Of a stretch of 64,000 bases of DNA, positions 8,426 to 18,657 are shown piece after piece. The stretch covers positions 1 through 64,000 of the forward strand of contig CAVSGO010000002.1 in assembly GCA_963727525.1 (NCBI GenBank), given 5' to 3'. The translations under genes were made by a program, and so were the position numbers. Position 1 is the first letter of the stretch. Each line of letters opens with the position of its first letter. The notes below the pieces were generated by a model. That model was not told the DNA's origin. It was given only the letters and a program-made list of their open reading frames with translations, and searched no databases. This DNA is from an uncultured bacterium (GTDB lineage: Bacteria; Krumholzibacteriota; Krumholzibacteriia; LZORAL124-64-63).

Positions 8426-11400
8426 CTACGGCGTGGTGGGAACCATCTGGCCATTCACGAAGCGTATCGACGTGTGGAACCAGTCGTCCAGCCATTCGGG
8501 ATCCGCAGGGCCCCGGTGCGCCTGCAGGGAATCGGGCCACAGGGCGGCGACCTCGGCACGGAAGTTGTCGGTGATATCGATGCGAAGGGGCCGGAGTGCG
8601 GCATCGAAATACGTGAAAACCCGGTGAGTCGGATCGTGGGTCGCACCCATCTCCGCACTCACCTCGGCGTCGCCGGACGGCCCCGCGAAGGTCTTGACGT
8701 TCGTCGCACCCAGGCGGACCTCTTTGATCAGGGCCATGTAGGGATCGGGCAGGTGGGGTACGACGATCCGATAGGCGGCGGAGTCACGGACCGAGGTCTG
8801 CGGGTTGGCCAGGGAGTCGACGGCCGCGCCGCCGAAGTGGTCCTCGTCGAGGATGAACAGCGATCCGCCCCTGTACCTGGGCGAATTGTTGGTGGCCGCG
8901 GCGATGATCTCGTCCTTGCCGTCATGGTCGATGTCGGTGATGGCGATATCCAGGATATGGCCACTACTCACGTATTGATTCAGCGCACGGCCGTGGCGAT
9001 CGAAACGCACGAGACAGTCGGGGAAATACGGGTAGTGGCGAAACTCCGCGATGATCTCGCTCTCCCCGTCACCATCGAGGTCACACGGATATACGCCCAC
9101 TGCCCTCATCTGGCCGGACCTGACGAGTTCCGTACCGTACGCCGCGTCCAGAATCGACACGTCCGGCCGCCCGGTCCAGATGATCTCGCCCGTCGAGCGG
9201 TGCAAGCAGGCGACGACACTGGTGTCCGTGTCGCAATCACGCCACGTCGCCAGCAGTTCGGCATGGTTCCACGGCGCCACCATGCACCTGGCACTTTTAC
9301 AGCCGACCTCGATTCCCCACAGCGTGCGGCCGAGAACGCCGCCGTGCGCCGTGATCGTTCCGCCGTCGATGGTCCAGCGCGCATGCGCGGCTCCGTAGCG
9401 CAGCACACCGAGGAAAGCCGCGATCAGCAGTACCACGCCGCCCAGGACGATGAACGGCGACGACTGCCGCGGCCGTTTGCGCCGCACCCGCGGCACCTCG
9501 AGCCCGGCCGACGCTTCGCCGGCGCCGCCGCGCGCCCGCGTCAGGCGCACCACGAACACCGTACCGCCGCCGGGGCGGCTCGACTCGATCCAGAGGCGGC
9601 CATGGAAGAGACGCAGGCTTTCCTGTGTGCGCTTGAAGCCGAAGCCGCCACCGGTGCGGGTGGTGCCATCGCCCGCGAGCACGCGGTCCCAGTCGTCGGG
9701 CGGGATGCCGCGGCCGGTGTCGCTCACGTGCACGAGCACCGCGTCGCCGAGGACCTGCCACGACAGGGCGAGGGCGCGCGTCGCCATATGCTGCATCGCT
9801 CGCGCGGCATTGCCCACGAGGTTGTCGATGATGAACCCGAGGTCGTCCGGATCGCAGATGACGACCGGGCCCGTCGAGGCCTGCCAGGTGGCGGGATCCA
9901 CGGCCTCGCCCTGCACGGCCGTCGCGATGCCCGCGTCCGCGAGCGTGGGCGCCTGGGCTCGTAGGACGTCGGCCACGACCGTGGCAAGGTCGACGCGGAA
10001 CGCCGACTCCACGACCTCGCGCAACCGCCCGCACTGCAACGTGAGGAGCTGCCGCAGCGGGCCGAGCGCCTCGAGGGCGGTGGACACCTCGGCCACCGCG
10101 AGGTCGCGCTGCACGTGAGTGAGCAGTGTTTCCAGCTCGTCGCACGCCTCGGCCAGCGAGGCCACGCGGTGCCCGGGCACGCCCACGCGCTCGGCAATGG
10201 CCACGGAACCACGCAGGCGCTCCAGGGTGGTATCCTGTGTATCGCGCGCCAGCGTGCGCACGGCGTCGAGCGCGGCGACGTCGTCGCTGCCGGCCTCGCG
10301 CGCGGCCTCGAGGTACCACACGAGGCGGTCGAGGTTCTCCAGCGTGCCCAGCTTCTCGTGCCGCAGGATCTTGAGCCGATCCAGGAGCTGACGGCGCAGC
10401 TCGCGCACAACGACGGGATCGTCGGAGGTACGGCTGTTGCGACGGATCTGCCACGCGAGTCCTATCAGCACGAGCACCGACACGGCCGCGGCCACGGCCC
10501 ATGGCGTGCGGTTCGGCGCGGCGACGAAGCGGATGTTCTCGCCCGGGCGGGCGCCGGAAAGCAGGCGCACGTCCGTTGGCGTCATGCGCCAGGCCTTGAT
10601 CTCGTTCCGGACGGGCCACGTCGGGACAGGCACGTAGGCCAGCGGCGTCAGGTCGAGGTCGAGCACGACCAGAGCACGACGGCTGACCAGGACAGTGATC
10701 TCGGGCTCACCGTCGCCGAGCACATCGCTCACGAGGACCTGCGCGATGTTCGTGGGAAAACGCCGCTCGTGTACGGGTTCGTAGGCGCCGTCCACCGCCT
10801 GGTACTCGACCAGGCGTCCATCGTGGAACGCCACCGCAAAACGGGCTCGCCCATCGTCCGAGCGCGGCAGCCACGCCAGTCGCATCACCCCCGAGTCGAG
10901 TTCCTCGCGATATTCCTCCGTTCCCGTGTTTCCGTCGAACATGATCAGGCGGCCGGTGACACCGACCTCATGGGATCCTCCGACCATGACCTCGGTCTCG
11001 CCATCGCCATCGAAGTCGTCTATCAGTACGAGCGCGCCGGCGAGTCGGTCCATGAGCGCATGGTGCCAGCGCTCCTTACCATCGGCGTTCACCACGAAGA
11101 CATAGGTCGAATCGTCCGAGACGCCGTTGATCGTCTCGCCGTGCAGGTTTCCCGGCGCGGAGGTCCCGAACACGATCTCGGGAACACCATCGCCATCGAG
11201 ATCGGCAATGGTCGAGGCGATCCGGCTAGGCAAGGCGCCGGTGACGTAGCGCCAGACGATGGCGCCCGAGCGGGGGTCCACCGCCCACACACCCCGACCT
11301 TCGATGTCGTAGCGCGAGTTGACCAGGAAGACGATGAGATCGCCGGGACCATCCGGACGCGGTACGCCACCGAGCGGCACGAACCCGCCGTCCCAGTGGC

Positions 11401-11905
11401 CATCGTCGAAGCGGCCCGGCGGGGCGTCCAGGAGAAAGTCCGCCTTCGGCATGAGCGTCGCCGGATCGAGCACCCAGACCCGGAAATGCTCCATGACCGT
11501 ATCCGCCGCCACGGCCACGATGTCGCGCTTGCCGTCCCCCTCGAGATCGAAGTCCCCGCTCATCACGAGCGCGGGCCGGGTGAGGTGGTACGGCGGCGGC
11601 ACGGGGAACCACTCGTAATCGAGGGGGATGGGCAGGCGTGGATTCCGGGCCGCGAGGCGGAATTCCTGCGATGAGAACCACTCGTCGTAGCCGTCGCCGT
11701 CCGCGTCGAACCAGAGCTGGCTCTCGCCCTGGCGGCGCGGGGGCTGGTCGGGAATGCCGAAGTCGTGCGAGGAGACGGGCCGGTAGGGGAGATGGCGCAT
11801 GTCCGGCGGTATGGTGCGCGACCCGCACGCCACCAGAGGGAGGAGCGCGGCGAGGCCGAGCGCGACCAGGCCGGGCCGGCAGCGGATGTTGCGGTATGCT
11901 CTCAA
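8426..11905 (-). CDS. Sensor histidine kinase-like protein with FG-GAP-repeat extracellular domains on both sides of the kinase
   Basis: Lipobox-like LLPLVAC; DxDGDG repeats; TM; LRHEKLG (putative H-box); IIDNLVGNA, VSDTGRGI, GGGFGF ATPase boxes; second TM; more DLDGDG/DIDHDG repeats. Upstream of the response regulator on the same strand. Confidence 0.8.
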   Translation of the reverse strand: MRAYRNIRCRPGLVALGLAALLPLVACGSRTIPPDMRHLPYRPVSSHDFGIPDQPPRRQGESQLWFDADGDGYDEWFSSQEFRLAARNPRLPIPLDYEWFPVPPPYHLTRPALVMSGDFDLEGDGKRDIVAVAADTVMEHFRVWVLDPATLMPKADFLLDAPPGRFDDGHWDGGFVPLGGVPRPDGPGDLIVFLVNSRYDIEGRGVWAVDPRSGAIVWRYVTGALPSRIASTIADLDGDGVPEIVFGTSAPGNLHGETINGVSDDSTYVFVVNADGKERWHHALMDRLAGALVLIDDFDGDGETEVMVGGSHEVGVTGRLIMFDGNTGTEEYREELDSGVMRLAWLPRSDDGRARFAVAFHDGRLVEYQAVDGAYEPVHERRFPTNIAQVLVSDVLGDGEPEITVLVSRRALVVLDLDLTPLAYVPVPTWPVRNEIKAWRMTPTDVRLLSGARPGENIRFVAAPNRTPWAVAAAVSVLVLIGLAWQIRRNSRTSDDPVVVRELRRQLLDRLKILRHEKLGTLENLDRLVWYLEAAREAGSDDVAALDAVRTLARDTQDTTLERLRGSVAIAERVGVPGHRVASLAEACDELETLLTHVQRDLAVAEVSTALEALGPLRQLLTLQCGRLREVVESAFRVDLATVVADVLRAQAPTLADAGIATAVQGEAVDPATWQASTGPVVICDPDDLGFIIDNLVGNAARAMQHMATRALALSWQVLGDAVLVHVSDTGRGIPPDDWDRVLAGDGTTRTGGGFGFKRTQESLRLFHGRLWIESSRPGGGTVFVVRLTRARGGAGEASAGLEVPRVRRKRPRQSSPFIVLGGVVLLIAAFLGVLRYGAAHARWTIDGGTITAHGGVLGRTLWGIEVGCKSARCMVAPWNHAELLATWRDCDTDTSVVACLHRSTGEIIWTGRPDVSILDAAYGTELVRSGQMRAVGVYPCDLDGDGESEIIAEFRHYPYFPDCLVRFDRHGRALNQYVSSGHILDIAITDIDHDGKDEIIAAATNNSPRYRGGSLFILDEDHFGGAAVDSLANPQTSVRDSAAYRIVVPHLPDPYMALIKEVRLGATNVKTFAGPSGDAEVSAEMGATHDPTHRVFTYFDAALRPLRIDITDNFRAEVAALWPDSLQAHRGPADPEWLDDWFHTSIRFVNGQMVPTTP

Positions 11906-12074
11906 GATACCAGTGTCACATGCTCGTGTTGAATGCGGACGACGTGATAGCGCTTCATATTAGCCGGATCGCTGACCAGCGGTCAACGTCGCCCGTCGTC
12001 GCTGACGCCAAGCCGCCCCTGTGCTACCATGGCGCGCCATCGTTCACCGGTACTGCCCTTGCGGAGGCTCGCAC

Positions 12075-13196
12075 ATGCGCCCTGGTCGACTTTTTCCGGT
12101 CCTGCTCGCCCTGCTCGCAATGGCCCTGCCGTCACTCGCCGAGACCTTCAAGGTGCCCGAAACGCCCTGGAACCCCCGTGTCTCGGTGTGTCCGCGCACC
12201 TCGGCCGCCCTCACGATCGACGGGCTCCTCGACGAGCCGGCCTGGGTGGCCACCCCGTTCACCGACGATTTCGTGGACATCCGCGGCAAGGCCGCGGGCG
12301 AGCCGCGCTACCGCACCCACGCCAAGCTGCTGTGGAACGACACCTGGCTGTACATCGGCGCCGAACTCTTCGAGCCACACGTGTGGGCCACGCTCACCGC
12401 GCGCGACGCCGTGATCTACCACGACAATGACTTCGAGGTGTTCCTCGACCCCGATGGCGACAATCACGACTACTACGAGCTGGAGATCAACGCCCTGAAC
12501 ACGGTGTGGGATCTGCTCCTCGTCAAACCTTACCGCGACGGTGGCCCGGCCGTGAACGGTTGGGATATCCACGGCCTGCAGACGGCGGTATTCGTGGACG
12601 GCAAGCTGAACGACGTGAACGACCTCGACCGCCGCTGGACGGTGGAGATCGCGATCCCCTGGTCGGCGTTGAAAGACGGCGCCGGCGCCATGGCCTGCCC
12701 CCCGCGCGCCGGCGACACCTGGCGGCTCAACTTCTCGCGCGTGGAATGGCAGACCGGCATCGAGGCCGGGCGGTACGTCAAGCGTCTCGATCCGCAGGGC
12801 AAGCCCCTGCCGGAGGACAACTGGGTGTGGTCGCCGCAAGGGCTCGTGGCCATGCACTATCCCGAGCGCTGGGGCTTTCTGCAGTTCAGCGGGGTGGAGG
12901 CGGGCGGCAAGCAGCCGGCCGGCACCATCCCGACCGCGGCCGTCCCCGGCAGTCGCTATCTCATGCCCCTCTACTATGCCGAACGGCTGTACCAGGAGCG
13001 GCATGGATACTTCGCGAACACGCTCGAGCAGCTCCCCCTGGGAGACGCCGACCGCACACGCCTCACCGATTACCGCGAGCGCGGCGACCTGATGCTGCAG
13101 GCCACGCCCTGGCAGTTCGAGGCGCGCCTCACAGTGAGCAACCGGATCCACCATGTCGACGACACGGGTCGCCTCTGGATCACCGCGGAGCACTGA
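12075..13196 (+). CDS. Carbohydrate-binding family 9-like secreted protein
   Basis: GGAGG RBS before ATG 12075; signal peptide; IDGLLDEPAW...KLLWND..LYI...DNDFEVFLDP...YYELEINALNT...WTVEIAIPW...WRLNFSR...MHYPERWG. Confidence 0.85.
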   Translation: MRPGRLFPVLLALLAMALPSLAETFKVPETPWNPRVSVCPRTSAALTIDGLLDEPAWVATPFTDDFVDIRGKAAGEPRYRTHAKLLWNDTWLYIGAELFEPHVWATLTARDAVIYHDNDFEVFLDPDGDNHDYYELEINALNTVWDLLLVKPYRDGGPAVNGWDIHGLQTAVFVDGKLNDVNDLDRRWTVEIAIPWSALKDGAGAMACPPRAGDTWRLNFSRVEWQTGIEAGRYVKRLDPQGKPLPEDNWVWSPQGLVAMHYPERWGFLQFSGVEAGGKQPAGTIPTAAVPGSRYLMPLYYAERLYQERHGYFANTLEQLPLGDADRTRLTDYRERGDLMLQATPWQFEARLTVSNRIHHVDDTGRLWITAEH

Positions 13197-13223
13197 GTCC
13201 CCCACATCCGGAGCGTCCGTCGC

Positions 13224-15164
13224 GTGAACCTCACCGTCCTCGACTGGTTACCCATCCTGCTCATCATCGGCGTGATGCTCGGCGGACTCTGGCTGAGCCG
13301 CGGGCAGATGAAAAGCGTGGCCGACTTCCTCGCTGCCGGCCGCAGTGCCGATCGCTACCTCGTGAGCGTGGCCAGCGGGGTGGCGGCGCTCGGCGCCATC
13401 ACCATCATCGGTAACCTCGAGATGAACTACGTGGCGGGCTTCTCCATGCAGTGGTGGAGCCTGACGATGAGCGTGGTCATGCTTGCCGTGCACCTGAGCG
13501 GCTGGGTGCTCTACCGCTTCCGGCAGACGCGGTGCCTGACCATGGCCGAGTTCTTCGAGCGTCGCTACGGCCGCAGCTTCCGCATCTTCGCGGGACTGCT
13601 GGCCTGGCTCTCGGGCATCGTGAACTTCGGGATCTTCCCGGCCGTGGGCACGCGCTTCTTCCTCGCCTACTGCGACCTGCCGGCGCAGGTGCCGGTGTTC
13701 GGCGTCGGGGTGTCCACGTTCGCTCTGCTGATGGCCCTGCTCATCGCGCTGTCGCTGGTGTTCGTGTTCCTGGGCGGGCAGGTGGCGGTGATCGTCACCA
13801 ACTTCCTGCAGGGCACCTTCGTGAATCTCGTATTCCTGATGCTGTGCGCGTATCTGCTGGCGCGCGTGGTCTCGTGGGACCAGATCTTCGCCGCCCTCGG
13901 CCAGGCGCCGGCCGACGCGTCGCTCATCAACCCCTTCCACACGAGCCATGTGAAGGATTTCAACTTCTGGTATTTCCTGATCGGCGCCTTCGGCGTGGTG
14001 TACGGGCAGATGTCATGGCAGGGCACGCAGGCCTACAACGCCTCGGCCCGGACGGCTCACGAGGCCAAGATGAGCCAGGCCCTGGCGATCTGGAAGCTCA
14101 TGCCGCAGAACCTCTTCCTGCTGTTCGTGGCCGTGGTCATCTACACCCTGTTGCACCACCCCGACTTCGCCGGGCTCGGCACGGGGATCGACCACGCCCT
14201 CGCCGGCATCGACCGCGAGGCCATCCGCAGCCAGCTCCGCCCGCCGCTGGCGCTGCGCGCCGTGCTCCCGCCGGGACTGCTGGGCGCCTTCGCCGCCGTG
14301 ATGGTGGCGTGCTTCCTGTCGACCCACGAGTCCTATATGCACTCGTGGGGCAGCATCTTCATCCAGGACGTGCTACTGCCCCTGCGCGGCGGCCGGCCGC
14401 TATCACCGCGTCGCCACCTGCTGGCACTACGGCTCTCGATCCTGGGCGTGGCGGTGTTCGCCTTCGTCTTCTCGCTCGTATTCCAGCAGGCGCAGTACAT
14501 CTTCCTCTTCTTCGCCATCACCGGGGCCATCTTTGCCGGCGGCAGCGGAGCGGTGATCATCGGCGGCCTCTACTGGCGGCGCGGCACGGCGGCCGCGGCC
14601 TGGAGCGCCATGATCACCGGCGCGACGATCGCCGTGGGCGGTATCGTACTGCAGCAGATCGATCCGGATTTCCCCGTGAATGGCCAGGTCTTCTGGGGTC
14701 TGGCGATGGGGGCGTCGTCCGTCGTCTACGTGCTCGTCTCCCTCCTGGGGCCGCGCAACCGCGACGCGGCCAACATGGATCTCCTGCTGCACCGTGGCGC
14801 GTACACCGTGGCCGGAGAGCAGACTGCGGGCGCGGGTCCGGTGTCGCGTGGCATGAAGCTGCTCTTCTTCACGGAAGAGTTCACGCGCGGCGACAAGCTG
14901 CTCTACGTGCTCACCTATACCTGGGTGCTCGGCTGGTTCGTCGTGTTCGTGGTGGGCACCATCATCAACCTCACGCGCGACGTGAGCGACGCCGCCTGGA
15001 TCACGTTCTGGAAGGTGTCGACGATTCTCCAGTTCGCCGTGGCGGCGGTGGTCACGGTATGGTTCACGCTCGGCGGCGCCCGCGACCTCGGCCGCATGAT
15101 GCGCCACCTGCGCGGCCAGGCCCGCAACCAGGCCGATGATGGCGTCGTGCGGCGCGAGACCTAG
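13224..15164 (+). CDS. Sodium:solute symporter family transporter
   Basis: Many TM segments; DFLAAGRS, TMAEFFERRYG, GGLYWRRGT motifs typical of the SSS family. Confidence 0.88.
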   Translation: MNLTVLDWLPILLIIGVMLGGLWLSRGQMKSVADFLAAGRSADRYLVSVASGVAALGAITIIGNLEMNYVAGFSMQWWSLTMSVVMLAVHLSGWVLYRFRQTRCLTMAEFFERRYGRSFRIFAGLLAWLSGIVNFGIFPAVGTRFFLAYCDLPAQVPVFGVGVSTFALLMALLIALSLVFVFLGGQVAVIVTNFLQGTFVNLVFLMLCAYLLARVVSWDQIFAALGQAPADASLINPFHTSHVKDFNFWYFLIGAFGVVYGQMSWQGTQAYNASARTAHEAKMSQALAIWKLMPQNLFLLFVAVVIYTLLHHPDFAGLGTGIDHALAGIDREAIRSQLRPPLALRAVLPPGLLGAFAAVMVACFLSTHESYMHSWGSIFIQDVLLPLRGGRPLSPRRHLLALRLSILGVAVFAFVFSLVFQQAQYIFLFFAITGAIFAGGSGAVIIGGLYWRRGTAAAAWSAMITGATIAVGGIVLQQIDPDFPVNGQVFWGLAMGASSVVYVLVSLLGPRNRDAANMDLLLHRGAYTVAGEQTAGAGPVSRGMKLLFFTEEFTRGDKLLYVLTYTWVLGWFVVFVVGTIINLTRDVSDAAWITFWKVSTILQFAVAAVVTVWFTLGGARDLGRMMRHLRGQARNQADDGVVRRET

Positions 15165-15201
15165 ATTGTCGAGAGTTTCAGGAACGGAAGAGACGACGAC
15201 G

Positions 15202-16905
15202 GTGACGACACGCGACAGGTTGCGACGAATCGGTGGACGCCTGCTGCTCCTGCTGCTGGGCCCGGCGCTCCTCCTGGGACTGCTCGAACTGGGCCTGCGC
15301 CTGGCCGGGTACGGCTACGACACGCATCTCTTCCTGCCGGTGCCCGCCGCCGGCACTTACGGCGCCAATCAGGACTTCGGCCTGCGGTTCTTCCCGCGCG
15401 GCATCGTGCGCCGCCCGGTGCCCCAGGCCTTCGCGCTCGAGGAGGCACCCAAGACCTGCCGCGTCTTCACGCTCGGCGCGTCGGCGGCGCTCGGTGTGCC
15501 GTCGGCCGCCTTCAGCTTCTCGCGTATTCTCCAGGTCATGCTGGAAGCACGCTATCCAGGAGTACACTTCGAATTCGTCAACACGGCGATCACCGCCATC
15601 AACAGCCACGTGGTGCTGCCCATCGCGCGCGAATGCGAGAGCTACGCGCCGGACGTCTATCTGATCTACCTCGGCAACAACGAGGTCATCGGCCCCTACG
15701 GCATCGGCTCGGACGTTTATGGACGCGCCACGAGCCTGCGCCTGATCCGGCTCGGCATCGCGCTGCGCACGACGAAGATCGGTCAGCTCCTGCAAGCCAT
15801 CACCGGCAAGCTCTCGGGTCAGGACAGGATCCTCGAGAAATGGGGAGGCATGGCGCTCTTCTCCGAGAACACCGTGCGCGCCGACGACCCGCGCCTGTCC
15901 GTGGTGCAAGGCCATTTCCGCCAGAATCTGCACGACATCTGCCGGGCCGGCCTCGATGGTGGCGCCGGTGTGGTGCTCTCGACAGTGGCCGTCAACGTGA
16001 AGGACAGCGCACCCTTCGCCTCCCTGCATCGGCCCGACCTGAACGACGCCGACCTCGCCAGGTGGCAGACCGCGTTCGATGCCGGTCGCGCGGCGCAGGA
16101 CGCCGGCGACCTGGTGCAGGCCCGCGCCCGCTACGAGGCCGCCGCGGCCATCGACGACGAGTACGCCGATCTGCGCTACCGACTGGGGCACGTGGCCCTG
16201 GCGCTGGGGGACACGGCGACGGCGGCCGCGCACCTGCAAGCCGCACTCGCCTGGGACGGACTGCGATTTCGCACCGACCGGCGCTTCGACGACACCATCC
16301 GGGCCACCGCCGCCGACTTCGCGGGGGCCGATCTCCGCCTGGCCGACGCGCGCGCGTTCCTCGCCGCTCACGAGCCCACCGGCACCGGTCTGCCGGGTTC
16401 GGAGCTGTTCTACGAGCACGTGCATCTCAAGTTCACGGGCAACTACCTCGTGGCGCTTGCGCTGTTGCCCGCCGTGCGCGACGTGCTCCCTGCGTGGGTG
16501 AAAGCGCACGAGGACACCGCCGCCGACGTGCCCGACATCGACGCTTGCGCGCGCGCCCTCCTGCTCACGCCGTGGAACGAGTACAACAGCCTGAACCAGA
16601 TCCGCTCCATGGCCACGAAGTACCCCTTCACCGACCAGTCCGATCACGACGCCCACATGGCCGCCATGGATCGTCGCCTCCAGGAGCTGCGGGCCACGGC
16701 CACGCCCGAGGTGCAGCGCGAGACATACATCGCCTACCGGGCCGCCTACGAACGCGACCCCCACGACCTGCTCGTCGCCTTCAACTACTTCGATCTGCTG
16801 CGTCAGGCCGGCATGGCGGACGACGCGGCCAGGGTGTGGGATGGAATCGTCGACACCCAGCCGCAGGCGGCGAATCTCAGCCTGGAGCACGCGCTGGGTC
16901 AGTGA
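15202..16905 (+). CDS. Membrane-anchored SGNH/GDSL-like hydrolase with TPR-like segment
   Basis: N-terminal TM; FTLGASAALG, YLGNNE, FYEHVH blocks; helical TPR-like insert. Confidence 0.7.
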   Translation: MTTRDRLRRIGGRLLLLLLGPALLLGLLELGLRLAGYGYDTHLFLPVPAAGTYGANQDFGLRFFPRGIVRRPVPQAFALEEAPKTCRVFTLGASAALGVPSAAFSFSRILQVMLEARYPGVHFEFVNTAITAINSHVVLPIARECESYAPDVYLIYLGNNEVIGPYGIGSDVYGRATSLRLIRLGIALRTTKIGQLLQAITGKLSGQDRILEKWGGMALFSENTVRADDPRLSVVQGHFRQNLHDICRAGLDGGAGVVLSTVAVNVKDSAPFASLHRPDLNDADLARWQTAFDAGRAAQDAGDLVQARARYEAAAAIDDEYADLRYRLGHVALALGDTATAAAHLQAALAWDGLRFRTDRRFDDTIRATAADFAGADLRLADARAFLAAHEPTGTGLPGSELFYEHVHLKFTGNYLVALALLPAVRDVLPAWVKAHEDTAADVPDIDACARALLLTPWNEYNSLNQIRSMATKYPFTDQSDHDAHMAAMDRRLQELRATATPEVQRETYIAYRAAYERDPHDLLVAFNYFDLLRQAGMADDAARVWDGIVDTQPQAANLSLEHALGQ

Positions 16906-18599
16906 GCCTTCAGCTCGAGCCGATAGCATTTCACGGTGAAATACGGCATCGACGGCAGCGGCACTTCCGCCACCGGCGTCACGTTCGGCCCCCCGGCCGA
17001 CTGCGTGACGAACACCGCCTCCTGATACCCGCGTGCGATCAGCTCCTGGATGAGGGGCTGGAAGAGTGCGCGGTCGCGCAGGTAGAACATAGGCGTGTCC
17101 AGGAAACGGGTGTACAGGGTCTGCGGCACCCAGAAGAGATCGGTCATCACCACGGACGGGTGCAACCGGTCGACGGTCTGGTTGATCTCGTGCGAATAGC
17201 GCTTCACCTTTGCGAGCATATCGATGGATGTGAATTGCCACAGCACGCTCGCCGTGCATACCGCCGCCACCGCCGCCGCGGCGAACATCGGCCGCCGCGT
17301 CTGCGCGTCTCGCCAACGCTCGAGGTTCACGACGGCGATCACGATGAGCAACGGGTCGATCAGCAGCAGATGCCGATTCGTCCACGTGATGCCCTTGGTG
17401 CCCAGCAATGGCGCCGCCAGCATGTAGAACACGACGTAGAGCGTCGTGAAACGGGACAGGACATCCACGAGGTCGTCCGCCGGCCCGGCAGCGGCGTCGC
17501 CGCGCAGGCGCACGAGCCCGAAGGCGAGCAGGGGCACCACGGGGAACAGCGACGTCGTGGCGACCAGCCATGACGTACGATCGCTGGCCGCCGCGAGGCC
17601 GAGCGCCACGAAGATCGAGTAGAGCACGGCGAACACCGCCAGCGCCGCCACGGCGCGCGACCAGTGACGGCGCGCGATGCGCGGCCGCAGCAGCAACAGG
17701 ATGCCGAGCGGCAGGGCGAACGCGTAGGCCGCGAACGGTTGCCCGCCCGAATCGAGCAAGGTGTTGAAGATGACCTGCGGCCGCGCCTTCAGGTGCTCCC
17801 ACAAGCCTTGCGACGATCTCAGATGGTCTCCGATGTGCGCGCCCAGGAGGCCCCCGCCCGACGTCACGTGATACACGGCCATGGGCACCAGGCACACGGC
17901 GACGCCGATCGCCCACACCGCGGTGGTGCGCCACCAGGCCCGGCGCCACGATGGCAAGGTGGCCAGGGGCCAGGCCACGGACGCGAGCAGGATATCGTCG
18001 CGGAAGTACGCCGCCGCCGCGAACAGGGCCGCCGAGGCCAGCACCAGGGACCGCCGGTCGTGGAAGTCGGCGCGCAGGGCCAGCACGATCCCCCAGATGA
18101 CGCAGGCCGCGGCGGGGACGTTCTCCCAGAACGTCAGGCTGTAGAACCACACCGGCGACGCGAAGGCCACGAGCAAGCCGAGGAGCCCGACCATGCGCCG
18201 GTCACTGCAGGCGCGCACGCCAAGCCGCATCGCACCGGCGGCCACGAGTACACCGCCAATCAGCGGCAACACGAAGAGTCCGGGAAACCCCAGCGTGCGG
18301 TGCATGACGGCCGACGCGCCCGAGAAGAACGGCGGGAATACCGAGTACAGCTCGCCGCCTCTCTCGTAGGAGAATGGCGGCGGCATGGGATTGTAGACCC
18401 GGTGCGGATCGAGGGCCGCATCCGGGAGCGGGATGTGCAGATCGTGTCCGCCGGTGCGCTCGATCACCTGCGTCAGGATGTACTTGTTGGCGTTGTCGAT
18501 GATCCAGAATCCGCGCTGGCCGAACGCGAGCAGGCACCCCAGGTACACGATCGCGACGATGCCCAGCACCGGCAGGAAACCGGCAGCCATCCTCTTCAC
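16899..18599 (-). CDS. Polytopic membrane protein, GT-C-like glycosyltransferase candidate
   Basis: About 11-13 TM segments; acidic motif after TM1 (WIIDNANK); YSVFPP loop; C-terminal periplasmic domain. Confidence 0.55.
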   Translation of the reverse strand: MKRMAAGFLPVLGIVAIVYLGCLLAFGQRGFWIIDNANKYILTQVIERTGGHDLHIPLPDAALDPHRVYNPMPPPFSYERGGELYSVFPPFFSGASAVMHRTLGFPGLFVLPLIGGVLVAAGAMRLGVRACSDRRMVGLLGLLVAFASPVWFYSLTFWENVPAAACVIWGIVLALRADFHDRRSLVLASAALFAAAAYFRDDILLASVAWPLATLPSWRRAWWRTTAVWAIGVAVCLVPMAVYHVTSGGGLLGAHIGDHLRSSQGLWEHLKARPQVIFNTLLDSGGQPFAAYAFALPLGILLLLRPRIARRHWSRAVAALAVFAVLYSIFVALGLAAASDRTSWLVATTSLFPVVPLLAFGLVRLRGDAAAGPADDLVDVLSRFTTLYVVFYMLAAPLLGTKGITWTNRHLLLIDPLLIVIAVVNLERWRDAQTRRPMFAAAAVAAVCTASVLWQFTSIDMLAKVKRYSHEINQTVDRLHPSVVMTDLFWVPQTLYTRFLDTPMFYLRDRALFQPLIQELIARGYQEAVFVTQSAGGPNVTPVAEVPLPSMPYFTVKCYRLELKAH

Positions 18600-18657
18600 T
18601 CGCGGTCTCCCGTCGCCACGATTCCAGTGCGTCGGGGACGCGAGGCCGCCCCGGGCA

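Noticed and set aside
15178-18150. 990-aa minus-strand ORF and many other long overlapping ORFs (e.g. 27930..29552, 52270..54345, 58657..60309)
   Set aside because: Shadow frames of GC-rich genes; low-complexity Arg/Gly/Ala translations opposite well-supported genes.
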